64,000 nt of DNA from a virus (IMGVR_UViG_3300037455_000221:65647-129646), one strand, 5' to 3'. Positions 1 through 11,354 are shown, counted from the stretch's first letter. Numbers and translations are program-made. The notes: generated by a model from the letters alone, not told the origin.

Positions 1-1
1 G

Positions 2-3000
2 GATAGTGTAATTAGCTATAAGAGACTAACTTGTAAAGAATGCGGTAGTCATGATCTTAGCTACTTTGGCGAAGATACTCATGTGCTTGTAGATAAGGAT
101 AATCTTACCGATGAAATTACACTTACAATAGACACTGACAACATCAAGAATACTTTTAAACTTGAAGCGGGCGACGATCTTATGACTGCTACAGTTGTAG
201 GACTTAATCCTAATGGCTCTCAGTATATTAATAAATTTAATGAAATTGATTATGCTGATATGCCGGATACTTTGGTCGAAAAACTCAACCAATATGAGGC
301 ACAGTATGATTCTTATAAAGATGAATATGCTGAACTTATGGAAGATTATTATGATTGTTTAGATAATGTCTATAAGTATAAAGACTCACTTATGCCAACG
401 CAATCAGAAGATCCTATTACAGCTGAGACTGAAGCTGCTAAACTTACAGTAGCCAATCTCTCTCCCGCTGCTCTTACCAGAGTTGGAGAAGCTACAACAG
501 TACAATCAGTTAACGGATCACTTGTTCAATTAGCAAAAGTATTTGTTAAGACTGGTTATGTAAAAGTAGAAGTAGATATGGATGAGGTTCCAGCTACATT
601 TACTTATATTGGATTAGATGCTAATAATCATCATTATGGTACATGGACTGGTAGATTTATAGTAACTAATTATTCTGATCCTGACGACACAGCACCTAGT
701 GCTCTACTTACTATCATTATTAATGATGACTATGAAACTTATCTTGATCAGAAGATTGCTAAGAATATAGTACGCTATGACGATAAAGAAGGTAGCATAT
801 ACGAAGTTCTTAAGATAGTTGATATTGATGAATTTAAGGACGCGCTAACATATTATTGTGTTAAAAGACTTGAATCATTTAGAGATGCATTATCTAACTG
901 TTTAAATATTTTAATTCAAGAAGGACATGGTACACGAGTAATTGGTACTGATCCTACTACTGGTAGTGATGTTGTAGATGAGTTCTATGATGATATGTAT
1001 GTTCCTTATCGTAATAAATTAGATGCGGTTGAAGAGGAATTGCCACGTAGACAATCTGGTCTTGAATATGATGGAACTCCGTGCGAAGGATATGATGGAT
1101 ATGGCGAACCATATGCTACTGCTAATGTAACTTATTGGGCAAATATTGTAGGAGTAGATCCTAATTCAGATCCTATTAAATTAATTGATCCTCCAAATCC
1201 TGGCACACTTGAATATAGAAAGAGAGAAATACAAGAAGCACTTAATCTTGAGAACTTTCTGGGAGAAACTAATTATAAAATATTCTGTGCGTATAGACGT
1301 GAGGGAACATATTCTAATAGTAATTATATCTCCACTGGATTTACTAATGCTGAGATGTTCGAGAATGCACAGAAGTTTTTAGATGCTGCTAATGAGGAAT
1401 TGCTTAAAGCTAGTACGCCACAGTATACAGTTAAATGCAATTTATATAATTTATTACCTACTGATGGCTATGAGTATTTCAGAGAAAAGATAGTACTTGG
1501 CAATTGGATTAGAGTGATTGCAGATAACCAGATATTTAGATTACGTCTATTAAATGTCAACATTGATTTTAGCAATTTTAATTCTATAGATGTAGAGTTT
1601 TCTAATGTTACTAAGATTGGTAACATAATGACTGATGTAGAATCTATACTTAATTCTGCGAAGTCAATGGCTACCTCTTATGGCGCTACAGAAAACAAGG
1701 CAGATTCTGGAGAAGAAGCTAATAGTGCTTTGGGTGAATTTGTACAGAATGGTCTCCTCTCTTCTCTTAGTACGCTTAAGAATAATGTAGATGAAGAAAT
1801 TACCATTAGCAAGTATGGAATCTATGCTAAGAGTTTCGATCCAGATACAGGGTCATATAGTCCTGAGCAATTAAGAATTACTCACAATGTACTTGTTTTT
1901 ACCAATGATAATTGGCAAAGTGCAAAAGCCGCACTTGGTAAACATGAGTATACATATTATGATTCTCAGAATGATATATATGCTAAGGCCAAAGCATATG
2001 GTCTTACTGCTGAGTTTGTTCAGGCTGGACATATTAATGGCTCAACTATTATTGGCGGCGATATTTATTCGGAGAATTATTCATCAGGTATAGCTGCCGG
2101 ACATACTCAAGCCGGAAGTCATATTAATTTAAATGATGGCACATTTAGTTTTGGTGGTGGCAAGTTAACATATAATGGTACAGCATTAACATTAGACAAT
2201 GGTACTATTACTGCTGGTACTATTAGTGGTACTACTATTAATAATGGCAATGGTACATTTCAGGTTGCTGCTGATGGCGCTGTGACGGCATATAACTTAA
2301 CTGCTAGAGGAACAATAACATCTGGAAGTACTATTACTGGTGCAACAATTTCCGGTGGCGAAATTAAAGTACCGGCCAACACTCAAAATCCTGCATTTTA
2401 TGTCAATACAAACGGAGTTATGAGTTGTTCTGGTGCAATCATTAATGGAAACATTAACAATGGCGCATTTTCTGTTACTGCAGCTGGCGTACTTACAGCA
2501 ACTAGCGGAACAATTGGAGGTTGGACTCTTGGTACTGATAAATTGTATAGCGGTAATGTAGCATTAGAAAGTAGTGGCAATATTACTTGTAAAATTAGTA
2601 ATCAATTAAAATGGGGCATCTATAATAATGGTGACGCTACATTTAATAATATTACTATTAATGGTGGTACAATTCAGAACGCTGTAATTTCAGACTATGT
2701 TACTACTCAAGAATTGAATGCATATAACGTTACTATTAATGGTAGACTTGATGCCGCGATTGGTAACATTGGTGAGTTGAATGCAGACAAGGCTAATATT
2801 GAAGATCTTACTACGGGTACACTTGTTGTGCAAGAATCTGTTGAGGCGCAGACTCTTAATGTTAGTGGAACAGTAACTGCAGCACAGCTTACAGCTGGAG
2901 TCATCAATGGACATCATGTATCTTGGCAAGCAATAAGAGTTGGAGCAGCAGCTACTACTTCAGATAAGTCATCCTTATGGAAACAATCAACTAGTCCATA

Positions 3001-3115
3001 TGAAATAGTTAGAAGCACTACTCAACCTAGTGGCACAGGATGGAATAAATTGTGTGATATTGTAATGAATATACCTACTAAACTTATTTATATTTTGGCA
3101 GAAGATAATGCATAA
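2..3115 (+). CDS. Phage tail protein / tail spike-like host-specificity protein, 5'-truncated
   Basis: Frame is open from nt 2, so the gene starts before the window. Acidic N-terminal part, then a Gly/Thr/Asn-rich beta-repeat C-terminus (GTITAGTISG, SGTIGGWT) typical of siphophage distal tail proteins. Lies upstream of tail-fibre and lysis genes. Confidence 0.7.
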   Translation, partial: DSVISYKRLTCKECGSHDLSYFGEDTHVLVDKDNLTDEITLTIDTDNIKNTFKLEAGDDLMTATVVGLNPNGSQYINKFNEIDYADMPDTLVEKLNQYEAQYDSYKDEYAELMEDYYDCLDNVYKYKDSLMPTQSEDPITAETEAAKLTVANLSPAALTRVGEATTVQSVNGSLVQLAKVFVKTGYVKVEVDMDEVPATFTYIGLDANNHHYGTWTGRFIVTNYSDPDDTAPSALLTIIINDDYETYLDQKIAKNIVRYDDKEGSIYEVLKIVDIDEFKDALTYYCVKRLESFRDALSNCLNILIQEGHGTRVIGTDPTTGSDVVDEFYDDMYVPYRNKLDAVEEELPRRQSGLEYDGTPCEGYDGYGEPYATANVTYWANIVGVDPNSDPIKLIDPPNPGTLEYRKREIQEALNLENFLGETNYKIFCAYRREGTYSNSNYISTGFTNAEMFENAQKFLDAANEELLKASTPQYTVKCNLYNLLPTDGYEYFREKIVLGNWIRVIADNQIFRLRLLNVNIDFSNFNSIDVEFSNVTKIGNIMTDVESILNSAKSMATSYGATENKADSGEEANSALGEFVQNGLLSSLSTLKNNVDEEITISKYGIYAKSFDPDTGSYSPEQLRITHNVLVFTNDNWQSAKAALGKHEYTYYDSQNDIYAKAKAYGLTAEFVQAGHINGSTIIGGDIYSENYSSGIAAGHTQAGSHINLNDGTFSFGGGKLTYNGTALTLDNGTITAGTISGTTINNGNGTFQVAADGAVTAYNLTARGTITSGSTITGATISGGEIKVPANTQNPAFYVNTNGVMSCSGAIINGNINNGAFSVTAAGVLTATSGTIGGWTLGTDKLYSGNVALESSGNITCKISNQLKWGIYNNGDATFNNITINGGTIQNAVISDYVTTQELNAYNVTINGRLDAAIGNIGELNADKANIEDLTTGTLVVQESVEAQTLNVSGTVTAAQLTAGVINGHHVSWQAIRVGAAATTSDKSSLWKQSTSPYEIVRSTTQPSGTGWNKLCDIVMNIPTKLIYILAEDNA

Positions 3116-3137
3116 ATAAAAGGAGTTAAAAGAATAT

Positions 3138-3341
3138 ATGGAAAAGAATATTAATATTGTAACTGAAGATTTACGTCAGCAACTTGTACGTGATATGAAT
3201 AGCTCAGGGCTTCCTATTAGTACTCTCTACTTGATCATAAATGAGTTGCAATATAAAACTGAGAAAGCATATTATGCTGAACTTAATGCTTCTGTTATTA
3301 AAGAAGTAGATCAAACTGAAACCGAAGAGGAGTCCGAGTGA
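3138..3341 (+). CDS. Small hypothetical protein (tail chaperone-like position)
   Basis: AAGGAG RBS; 67 aa; follows the tail gene. Confidence 0.6.
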   Translation: MEKNINIVTEDLRQQLVRDMNSSGLPISTLYLIINELQYKTEKAYYAELNASVIKEVDQTETEEESE

Positions 3342-3356
3342 CTCCTCTTCTCTTAT
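3324..3356 (+). terminator. Possible intrinsic terminator
   Basis: GAAGAGGAGTC-cgagt-GACTCCTCTTC hairpin followed by TCTT. Confidence 0.45.
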
Positions 3357-3374
3357 TAGAAAGGAGGAATACAT

Positions 3375-3935
3375 ATGGCGGTTGATGTAGAAACAAGGCG
3401 ACTCAATGACCATACTAATATCACAGAAGCCAATAGCGACGAGGAACTTATACTTGATTCCTCCACATATGGAACACGAAATATAACTGTCAATAATTTT
3501 AAAAAACAAATTATTGGAGATAATGATATTTCCACCCTTGGCGATGGAACTGTTACCGGTGGTGTTCTTGCAGCCAACAATGGAGTTGGTAGTTTAAATA
3601 ATAAGATGGGAAACTCAAATATCTCAGCTTATGGCGATGGAACAGTCACCGGTATTTTAAATAATTTTGCAATACAAAACGTACTAATTCCTGTTAGTGG
3701 ATGGAGCGAAAATGCACCATATACTAACACTGTAACTGTAAACGGAATGACAGCTCAGGATAAAGTAATTTGTTTAGGTTATGTACCATCAAATACACCT
3801 TCAGATAATATAGCAATAGCTCAAGCAGCAAGTCTTCTTGACTATGGTATCACTGATGAAGATGAAATTACATGGTATGCATTAAATGGTAAACCATCAA
3901 TTACTTTTTCTGTGTCAATAATGAAAGGATACTAA
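3375..3935 (+). CDS. Tail fibre-associated / adaptor protein
   Basis: AAGGAGG RBS; repeated GDGTVTG motif; C-terminal IPVSGW..APYTNTVTVNGMTA motif common in phage tail-fibre ends. Confidence 0.6.
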   Translation: MAVDVETRRLNDHTNITEANSDEELILDSSTYGTRNITVNNFKKQIIGDNDISTLGDGTVTGGVLAANNGVGSLNNKMGNSNISAYGDGTVTGILNNFAIQNVLIPVSGWSENAPYTNTVTVNGMTAQDKVICLGYVPSNTPSDNIAIAQAASLLDYGITDEDEITWYALNGKPSITFSVSIMKGY

Positions 3936-3936
3936 T

Positions 3937-6219
3937 ATGGGTACAGTAACTATTCGTCCTCGCATACATAGAAAAAGTCCCATTGAAGCTAATGGACTTC
4001 AGATAGGCACAAGAGGTGATAGATGGGAAGAAGAATTTATAAAAAATGCTGACTTTTCTACAATGGATAATCCTACTGACTGGAGTTATCTATTCAGAGA
4101 TTCTAAAGCATATGACTTTGATCTAAGTGGCTTGGATAGTAGTGCTGTAACTAATATGGATTATATGTTTAATGGCACACATGCGAGTACACTTAGGTTG
4201 GCTGGACTTACTGTTGGAGCTAATACTTCAGCAAGTTATTTATTAAGCGGATCATTTAATGCAGTTGATTTTACTGGAGCTATATTTTATAGCTTACCAC
4301 AAAATATGCTTAGTGGTGCAACCATAGCTCAAGGGTTACAATTGCGCACACTAGACGTATCACATCTTACAAGTCTTGCGGGTATGTTTCGAAGTGCAAA
4401 TTTGGCATCACTTGATCTTACCGGATTTGATACACATACCATCACGGATATGTCGAGTATGTTTGATGGCGCAGTTATTCCTATATTAACAGGGTTAAAA
4501 ACATTAGATTATTCTCATGTGACCAATATGAGAAGTATGTTTAATGGAAGTAAAATACCAGTAGTTGATTTATCTGGAATAAATTTTGCAGCATTAGAAA
4601 CTGCTGGTAGTATGTTTCAAATATATGACAAACAATATGCGAAGATTGTAAATTTGTCTGGTTGTAAGTTCCCAGCTTTAACAGAAGCCTCGTATATGTT
4701 TTATTCATGGACAAGTTCAGATTGGACTTCACGTGATCGTGGGCTCACTATTGATTTAACTGATGCAGAATTTACATCGCCAAGTGGTCTTAATGCGTAT
4801 TATATGTTTGGATATTTATATGAACCTGACGGTTTAGATTTATCATGTTTTTCAAATGTTAAAATTATTAATATGCAATATATGTTTTACTATACATGGC
4901 TTGGCGAGACAGACTTTAGTGTGTTAGATTTTTCCGAGGCTAGTTCGCAAGGTATAGCGGGTTGGTCTTCAGCTTATTATGGGCCAGTAAATTATTGCCG
5001 CACACCAAGTATTCATATAAAAACAACTGTCCCGTATAATGTGACTCAATTAAGTCAAGGATTTTCATATTATGCATTTGCCAATGATGTAACTGTTGAA
5101 TTAACGTGTCGCTCAACTGTAGGCTCAATAGTCTACTTGATTTATTTTCAGAGTTATGGAAATGGACTCCCTGATATCTCCACTTACATAATGGAAAATA
5201 GTGAATTATATGCGTCTTCTTGTACTTATTTTATATATCAATCTTGGAATTATCCTAAGGTTGATATTACAGTTCGAGACACTACCTTACACATAGGAAA
5301 TAATGCGACATATAATAATTTTATGTATCTATCTCAAGAAGCCGGAACAATTGATTTAAGTGATATGGTGATAGATGGTACGTTTGCTAGTGGTTCTTAT
5401 TTTATATATAAGGGATATAATGCTGACGCGATTTATCTTCCGTCTACAGGAATAAAATTCAAAGGACAATTACCATACTTCATATATCAATCAAATAGTA
5501 ATTGTTATACCCCGATATATAATCTTGACAAGGTAGATGTATCAGAGGTGACGACGTTTGCCAGTTATACTCTTTGTGGATTGAGTGGCACATATGATCT
5601 TACTAGCTGGGACGTAAGTAAGGTGACAGGCATAGGATATGATTTTATTTATTATGTACATGCAGATATGGATTTAAGTGGCTGGGATTTAAGTAGTCTT
5701 CAAGGGCTTGGTAGTACACTTATATATTATTCTAAAGGTAATTTTAATTTAAGTAACTGGAATGTAACTAATATTCAAAGTATAAGCGGTCTGGCTTATG
5801 ATTTTGAAGGTAACCTTGATCTTAGTAATTGGAGGCTTACTAGTTGTACTTATCTATATGGTATAAGTGGTTTTAAAGGAGGATCGATAGATTTTAACGG
5901 ATGGGAGATTCCCGCTAATCAGAATCTTAGTAACTGTCAACTTTTATATGTAGATAATGGAGCTGAACAATCCTATGTATATGTCCCAAATACGGTATAT
6001 CAACCTACATCTTATACTGGTGGGATGTTTACATCATCAGCTCCTACACAATATTACACAGATCCTCCCATTATAGATCTATACACTAATGCCACAAGCA
6101 TTGAAGATCAGGGATGGGTATTCTCACATATATATTCTGCAGCAGAGCCTTATGGCTATAGAATACATTTAGGAACTACACATGAAGATTTCTTAGAAGC
6201 CATAGGAGGTGATGATTAA
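3937..6219 (+). CDS. BspA/DUF285-type leucine-rich-repeat protein (putative receptor-binding/virion surface protein)
   Basis: Repeats LDxSxVTNMxxMF and DLSxWDVS; position in tail module. Confidence 0.75.
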   Translation: MGTVTIRPRIHRKSPIEANGLQIGTRGDRWEEEFIKNADFSTMDNPTDWSYLFRDSKAYDFDLSGLDSSAVTNMDYMFNGTHASTLRLAGLTVGANTSASYLLSGSFNAVDFTGAIFYSLPQNMLSGATIAQGLQLRTLDVSHLTSLAGMFRSANLASLDLTGFDTHTITDMSSMFDGAVIPILTGLKTLDYSHVTNMRSMFNGSKIPVVDLSGINFAALETAGSMFQIYDKQYAKIVNLSGCKFPALTEASYMFYSWTSSDWTSRDRGLTIDLTDAEFTSPSGLNAYYMFGYLYEPDGLDLSCFSNVKIINMQYMFYYTWLGETDFSVLDFSEASSQGIAGWSSAYYGPVNYCRTPSIHIKTTVPYNVTQLSQGFSYYAFANDVTVELTCRSTVGSIVYLIYFQSYGNGLPDISTYIMENSELYASSCTYFIYQSWNYPKVDITVRDTTLHIGNNATYNNFMYLSQEAGTIDLSDMVIDGTFASGSYFIYKGYNADAIYLPSTGIKFKGQLPYFIYQSNSNCYTPIYNLDKVDVSEVTTFASYTLCGLSGTYDLTSWDVSKVTGIGYDFIYYVHADMDLSGWDLSSLQGLGSTLIYYSKGNFNLSNWNVTNIQSISGLAYDFEGNLDLSNWRLTSCTYLYGISGFKGGSIDFNGWEIPANQNLSNCQLLYVDNGAEQSYVYVPNTVYQPTSYTGGMFTSSAPTQYYTDPPIIDLYTNATSIEDQGWVFSHIYSAAEPYGYRIHLGTTHEDFLEAIGGDD

Positions 6220-9200
6220 ATGGGATATGTTTATTTTGCTCCACGTGATGGGAGTAATAAAATATCATTAAATGGATACAACCACTTAACGTGGCGATAT
6301 AAAATGGTACCACTTATACGAACAGATAATTGTACGGATATGAGTAATATGTTCTCGGGCGCGAATTATTCGTTGCCCGAGACTCTTGATTTAAGGGCAT
6401 TTAATACTTCGCATGTAACTACAATGCACTCTATGTTTGATAATTGTAAATCAGAAACAATACTTGGTCTTGATAATTTCAATACTGCTAATGTTACAGA
6501 TATGGCCTTTATGTTTAATGCTAGTAAAGCGACGGAATTAGATTTATCTAACTTCAATACTTCTCGTGTTACAGATATGGAAAATATGTTTTGTAATTGT
6601 GATGTTGAAGATCTAGATATAAGTAATTTTGATACTTCTTCAGTTACTAATATGTCTTGTATGTTTGAGAACGTGACAGCTCCAATAGATACAAGTACTT
6701 TTGATACTTCAGAAGTTACTACTATGCATAACATGTTTAAAGGAACATCGGGTACTACTTTAGATTTATCAAATTTTGACACATCTTCTGTGACAAACAT
6801 GAGTGGAATGTTCCAAAATTCATCATACAATGCAATAGACGTATCTTCTTTTGACACGTCTTCTGTAACCAATATGTCGAGTATGTTTAGCGGTTCAACT
6901 GAATCGAATCTTGACATATCTAATTTTGATTTTTCTGATGTTACAGATATAAGTTATATGCTTGGTAGTAAAACTCTTAATTCATTAACATTACCTAATA
7001 ATTTTAACACTTCTAATATTGTAAATATTACAGGACTATTCCGTGGATTAAATATACCGAACTTAGACTTAAGAGGGATAGAGTTTGAATCTGCAGAAAC
7101 GCAACAAAATCTATTTGCCGGACTAACCACAAATACATTAGATATATCAGATTGGGATTTAGGAGAACATGCAGCAGCTACTGCTCCTTCCTGGTATCCT
7201 TATTCATCTCAATCCTTTTACGAAGGTATATTTAGCGGAGCTCAAATACAAGATTTAAGATTATCTAATAATAATAATTTTCCGGAGGGATATAAAATTG
7301 CTTATATGTTTAATAATTTTATAACTGATGGAATTTTGGATCTTTCTAGTTTTCATTTTAACAAAGCAGTAAATCAACAATCTAGTGAAATGTTTCACCA
7401 TGCAAATATTAATACCTTAATCATGGGGAATATTACTAGAAATGAATTTGCAAATGATCTTAGACAAATGTATAACGGCAATTATAGTTCATTTTTCAAT
7501 CAAACGGTAATTGGGCTATTAGATATGAGCTCTTCTTTGATTGAAATAGGAAATGGAAATTGTTTCTTTGATGGATTAATTGCTACGCGCATTAATATGC
7601 CTAATCAAATATGTGTTGATTTAGGATCTTCATCAAGTATAAATATTTATCCATCAAATGGAAAAGCAAAATATGTCGATTATTCTTCTGTTGATACTAG
7701 AAATGCAGATTATACTGATAATCAGTGGATGTATATGTCGAGGTACGTAACGCAGAATAATAAAATAGTTTGGATACCTTCAACATTTGTACTTGATGGA
7801 AATCGTACTATGTATTCAACTTTAAGAGGCGATGTGTATACTGACGCTCCAGACTATACTACACTTGGATGGAACGCAGAACCAGCAAATGTAATTATGC
7901 ATTATAGTGCAACACATGCTGATTTTGAAACAGCCATACTTAATGATAATGTAAATGAATGGATATCTCCTCAAGGATATCCAATATTCTTCTGTCATCC
8001 CAGTGTTCCTTTGGGATCAGCTATGACTATAAATCAGTTTGAAGCCGAGTACGATACTGTATACTGGGACGGAGTGCTAATCGATCCTAATAATTTTACA
8101 TTTAACGATGTGGGTTCACATGTTCTCAGAATAGTTTATCAAGATTATCCTTATGAACAAACAATTACCGTAGTAGATCATGGTAATAGTTATACAGTAG
8201 TTGGAAATCCATACGATTATACATGGAGTACTACCAATTATACGTATGTTGCTAGCGCGAGTACATGTGTAGAATGTAGATTGTATCCTGATAAATATTT
8301 ATTTGTTTATCCAAAAGCTAAAGTAGAACAGCTTATAAACAAATACACAGCAATTACTAGTGCACCAAACACTACTATTACAAAAGTATCTGGAATTCCA
8401 TTCCAAATGAGGCAATTTAATTTACAGAACTGTAGGCAATTAACTGATATATCTGAATTAATTGTGTGCACTTCTGGATATTCTGGAAGTGGTGCTTATA
8501 CTCATCTTCGAGGTTTTAATCCAGGCTCCATGTTCTATAACTGTACATCGTTAGTCGATGTATCTTCTGTTGGTAAATGGCTTATTTCTACTTCGTATGA
8601 ATATTATTATCGAAGTAGCGGTTATACATATACTACGTATGGTTATTACGGTTGGAGTAGTACATTTTCCAATACCCATATTACTACTGCCCCCAGTATT
8701 AGTTTAACACCTGGCAGTAATAGTACATTCTATGGTTGTACATATTTAACTGATATTTCAAAGTTAAAAGTTTTTGGCACTGAAAGTTCTAGTAATGGTA
8801 ATTATTTTAGTGGAGTATTTAGTGGGTGTAGTAATTTAAGTAATGTATCTCGTCTAAGCCAATGCTTAAGTTCTTATACCGTGGACAGAGGCAGCATTCG
8901 TTATAGTATAAATTTAAGTAGTTTTTTGGCGGGGACACCAATTACCAACACTGACTTCATTCCAGATAATTTATGTGTAAATAACATTGATAGTATGTTC
9001 TATAATTGTACCTCTTTAAGAGATATAAGTGGAATGGGAAGAATATATCGTACTTTTAGAACTTTTTATAGTCCATTCTATAATGTTCCAGCTACAGATT
9101 ATAGTGCGTTAGATGCATGGAAAAATACTACTGGTAATCTTTTTAGCAGTATAGGATTCGAAGGTAGTAAAATGTCTAACCTATCATTTTTGTCAAATTG

Positions 9201-10311
9201 GGATCTATCTTATTGCACTAATTTCAGCTTTAATAATTGCTCTAATCTTACATCCATAAGTGCTTTAAATGGTAAAATCGATACAACAAAAGACATAACT
9301 GTAAATCTATCTTATTGCTCGGCGTTAACGTCACTGGTAGGATTAAGTGGGATTACATTCTCAACCAGTAGTTATTTCCAAAATTGTTCGGGACTTACAT
9401 CTCTTAATGGACTTCAAGGTTGTACTATTAAAAGTTGCTATGGTCTATTCACAGGATGTTCATCTTTATCCGATATTACGGCTTTGTCACAAGTTACATT
9501 TTCAGGCATAACAGATATATACGGTATGTTTAGTGGATGCTCCTCACTTACATCTCTTGATGGGCTAGAGGGATTAGATATATCCAATTGCACCAATCTT
9601 AATAATGTATTTTCTAACTGTTCGTCTCTTACAGATATTGACGCTATAGAAGGGTGGAATCCATATCAAGTTAAACAAGTTTCTAGTTTATTTTATAATT
9701 GTAGCAGTATTACTTCATTTGCAGCATTACACAATTGGACGACTAGTCAGCTTACTTCTATGACTTCTACATTCTATAATTGTTCATCGCTTTTAAATCT
9801 TGACGGATTAGTTGGGTTTAACCCTGGACAATGTACATCGTTGACAAGTGTGTTTAATGGGTGTTCTGCACTTACTGATATATCAGATATAGCATATTGG
9901 TATGTAGGTAGATGTCAAAATATGTCCTCTATGTTTAACGGATGTACATCACTTACGTCTATTGCTCCTTTAGCAAATTGGAACGTTTCAGCCCTTCAAA
10001 ATGCTCAATATATGTTCCAGGGGTGTACGTCACTTGCATCTACTGCTGGATTGAACAATTGGAGTGTAGCAACTCTTGCATATACACAATATATGTTCAA
10101 AGGATGTACATCACTTACATCTATTACTGCTCTTGCAGATTGGAATGTTGTAACCCTTTCAAATATGTCTTACATGTTTGATGGTGATATAGCTATTACA
10201 GATGCAGATAGTATTGATGTATGGAAGAATAAGAGAACAATGACAAGGGTTACAAGAACTTATGCGTTCCGCAATGTTCCTCGTCCTTGGCCTACATGGG
10301 CGCAGTCATAA
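6220..10311 (+). CDS. Large BspA/DUF285 leucine-rich-repeat protein
   Basis: N-terminal FDTSSVTNMSxMF repeats; C-terminal F.GCSSLT.I..L..W repeats; 1363 aa. Confidence 0.8.
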   Translation: MGYVYFAPRDGSNKISLNGYNHLTWRYKMVPLIRTDNCTDMSNMFSGANYSLPETLDLRAFNTSHVTTMHSMFDNCKSETILGLDNFNTANVTDMAFMFNASKATELDLSNFNTSRVTDMENMFCNCDVEDLDISNFDTSSVTNMSCMFENVTAPIDTSTFDTSEVTTMHNMFKGTSGTTLDLSNFDTSSVTNMSGMFQNSSYNAIDVSSFDTSSVTNMSSMFSGSTESNLDISNFDFSDVTDISYMLGSKTLNSLTLPNNFNTSNIVNITGLFRGLNIPNLDLRGIEFESAETQQNLFAGLTTNTLDISDWDLGEHAAATAPSWYPYSSQSFYEGIFSGAQIQDLRLSNNNNFPEGYKIAYMFNNFITDGILDLSSFHFNKAVNQQSSEMFHHANINTLIMGNITRNEFANDLRQMYNGNYSSFFNQTVIGLLDMSSSLIEIGNGNCFFDGLIATRINMPNQICVDLGSSSSINIYPSNGKAKYVDYSSVDTRNADYTDNQWMYMSRYVTQNNKIVWIPSTFVLDGNRTMYSTLRGDVYTDAPDYTTLGWNAEPANVIMHYSATHADFETAILNDNVNEWISPQGYPIFFCHPSVPLGSAMTINQFEAEYDTVYWDGVLIDPNNFTFNDVGSHVLRIVYQDYPYEQTITVVDHGNSYTVVGNPYDYTWSTTNYTYVASASTCVECRLYPDKYLFVYPKAKVEQLINKYTAITSAPNTTITKVSGIPFQMRQFNLQNCRQLTDISELIVCTSGYSGSGAYTHLRGFNPGSMFYNCTSLVDVSSVGKWLISTSYEYYYRSSGYTYTTYGYYGWSSTFSNTHITTAPSISLTPGSNSTFYGCTYLTDISKLKVFGTESSSNGNYFSGVFSGCSNLSNVSRLSQCLSSYTVDRGSIRYSINLSSFLAGTPITNTDFIPDNLCVNNIDSMFYNCTSLRDISGMGRIYRTFRTFYSPFYNVPATDYSALDAWKNTTGNLFSSIGFEGSKMSNLSFLSNWDLSYCTNFSFNNCSNLTSISALNGKIDTTKDITVNLSYCSALTSLVGLSGITFSTSSYFQNCSGLTSLNGLQGCTIKSCYGLFTGCSSLSDITALSQVTFSGITDIYGMFSGCSSLTSLDGLEGLDISNCTNLNNVFSNCSSLTDIDAIEGWNPYQVKQVSSLFYNCSSITSFAALHNWTTSQLTSMTSTFYNCSSLLNLDGLVGFNPGQCTSLTSVFNGCSALTDISDIAYWYVGRCQNMSSMFNGCTSLTSIAPLANWNVSALQNAQYMFQGCTSLASTAGLNNWSVATLAYTQYMFKGCTSLTSITALADWNVVTLSNMSYMFDGDIAITDADSIDVWKNKRTMTRVTRTYAFRNVPRPWPTWAQS

Positions 10312-10321
10312 GGAGGTAACT

Positions 10322-10651
10322 ATGGATAAGAATAAGTTTGTACAATTTACCAAACGCTTTGTTACCGGACTAACTATTTGTGCTGTAATATGGATATCGT
10401 GGAGTTATGTACTTGCTACGATCCAGTTCTTTACAATAGGAACTACAGATACACTTGAGTCTTTATCAACCAATGTGTGTACTGTAATACTTGGTACAAT
10501 GATTGGATATATGATAAAGAGTCTTGTAGAAACATATTGTGAACGTAAGAGTAATCTTGCCGAGCAAAAGTATGATGATATGATGGATATGATCAGAAAT
10601 ACAGATATGTCTCCTGATGAAATAGTGGGGATGTATGAAAAAGTAAAATAA
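10322..10651 (+). CDS. Two-TM membrane protein (holin-like)
   Basis: AGGAGG before ATG 10322; two hydrophobic segments; lysis-cassette position. Confidence 0.55.
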   Translation: MDKNKFVQFTKRFVTGLTICAVIWISWSYVLATIQFFTIGTTDTLESLSTNVCTVILGTMIGYMIKSLVETYCERKSNLAEQKYDDMMDMIRNTDMSPDEIVGMYEKVK

Positions 10652-10718
10652 AGATATGGAGGGTGTTGCCATCCTCCTATTTTTATACATGAAATATTTC
10701 AGAAAGGAGGTAGTCTCA

Positions 10719-11018
10719 ATGGAACCAGCGGTAAGTATTATCACAGCGGTTATTGCTGCGGGATCTGCAATTGTTGTTAGCATCATAAATAACATTGCGC
10801 AGATGAACAAGATTAGAGATGAACAAAGGGAAACGTTTAATAAATTTAGTGCTGAGACTGGCAAAGCTATGGCGCTCACAGATGAGCGCATAAAGACTTT
10901 GACTGAGGAAGTTAAGAAGCACAATTCAGTTATTGAACGAGTATATAAATGTGAAACAAGGGAAACTATTCTTGAAAAGGACATAGAGGAACTTAAAAGA
11001 GATATGAAAGCAGATTGA
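10719..11018 (+). CDS. TM + coiled-coil protein (XhlA/holin-accessory-like)
   Basis: AAAGGAGG RBS; N-terminal TM; LTEEVKKHNSVIERVY motif typical of firmicute phage lysis-cassette proteins. Confidence 0.6.
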   Translation: MEPAVSIITAVIAAGSAIVVSIINNIAQMNKIRDEQRETFNKFSAETGKAMALTDERIKTLTEEVKKHNSVIERVYKCETRETILEKDIEELKRDMKAD

Positions 11019-11027
11019 AAAGAAAGG

Positions 11028-11354
11028 ATGATTGATATGAAAAATATATTTGATTGGATCAAGGCACACACTGCAGATATTCTTATTATTCTTGGTGCTA
11101 TTAGTGCTATACTTGTTAATCTTCAGGAGTCCGGAGTAAATGCTACTTGGATGTCAATTACTATTGCGGTCATAGCACTCGCTATTGAGGTCATGAAGCA
11201 CGGTGTAAGTGAAAAGGCGATTAAACTAGTGACCGAAGCAGTATTGATCATTCTTGAGGCAATTAAGGCCAATGAGAGCGTTGCATCCGACGCTGATGTA
11301 GTTGGTGTGCTGAAGGTTGATGTAGAATCTAGACTTAGAGAGGCAGTTAAATGA
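11028..11354 (+). CDS. Putative holin
   Basis: Two TM helices; dual start MIDMK; overlaps the next gene. Confidence 0.5.
   Translation: MIDMKNIFDWIKAHTADILIILGAISAILVNLQESGVNATWMSITIAVIALAIEVMKHGVSEKAIKLVTEAVLIILEAIKANESVASDADVVGVLKVDVESRLREAVK

Noticed and set aside
6366-6917. 183-aa - strand ORF inside the LRR gene
   Set aside because: Shadow of the repetitive sense frame.
3937-10311. Diversity-generating retroelement targeting the LRR/tail genes
   Set aside because: No reverse transcriptase, and no template/variable repeat pair differing at adenines was seen in the window.
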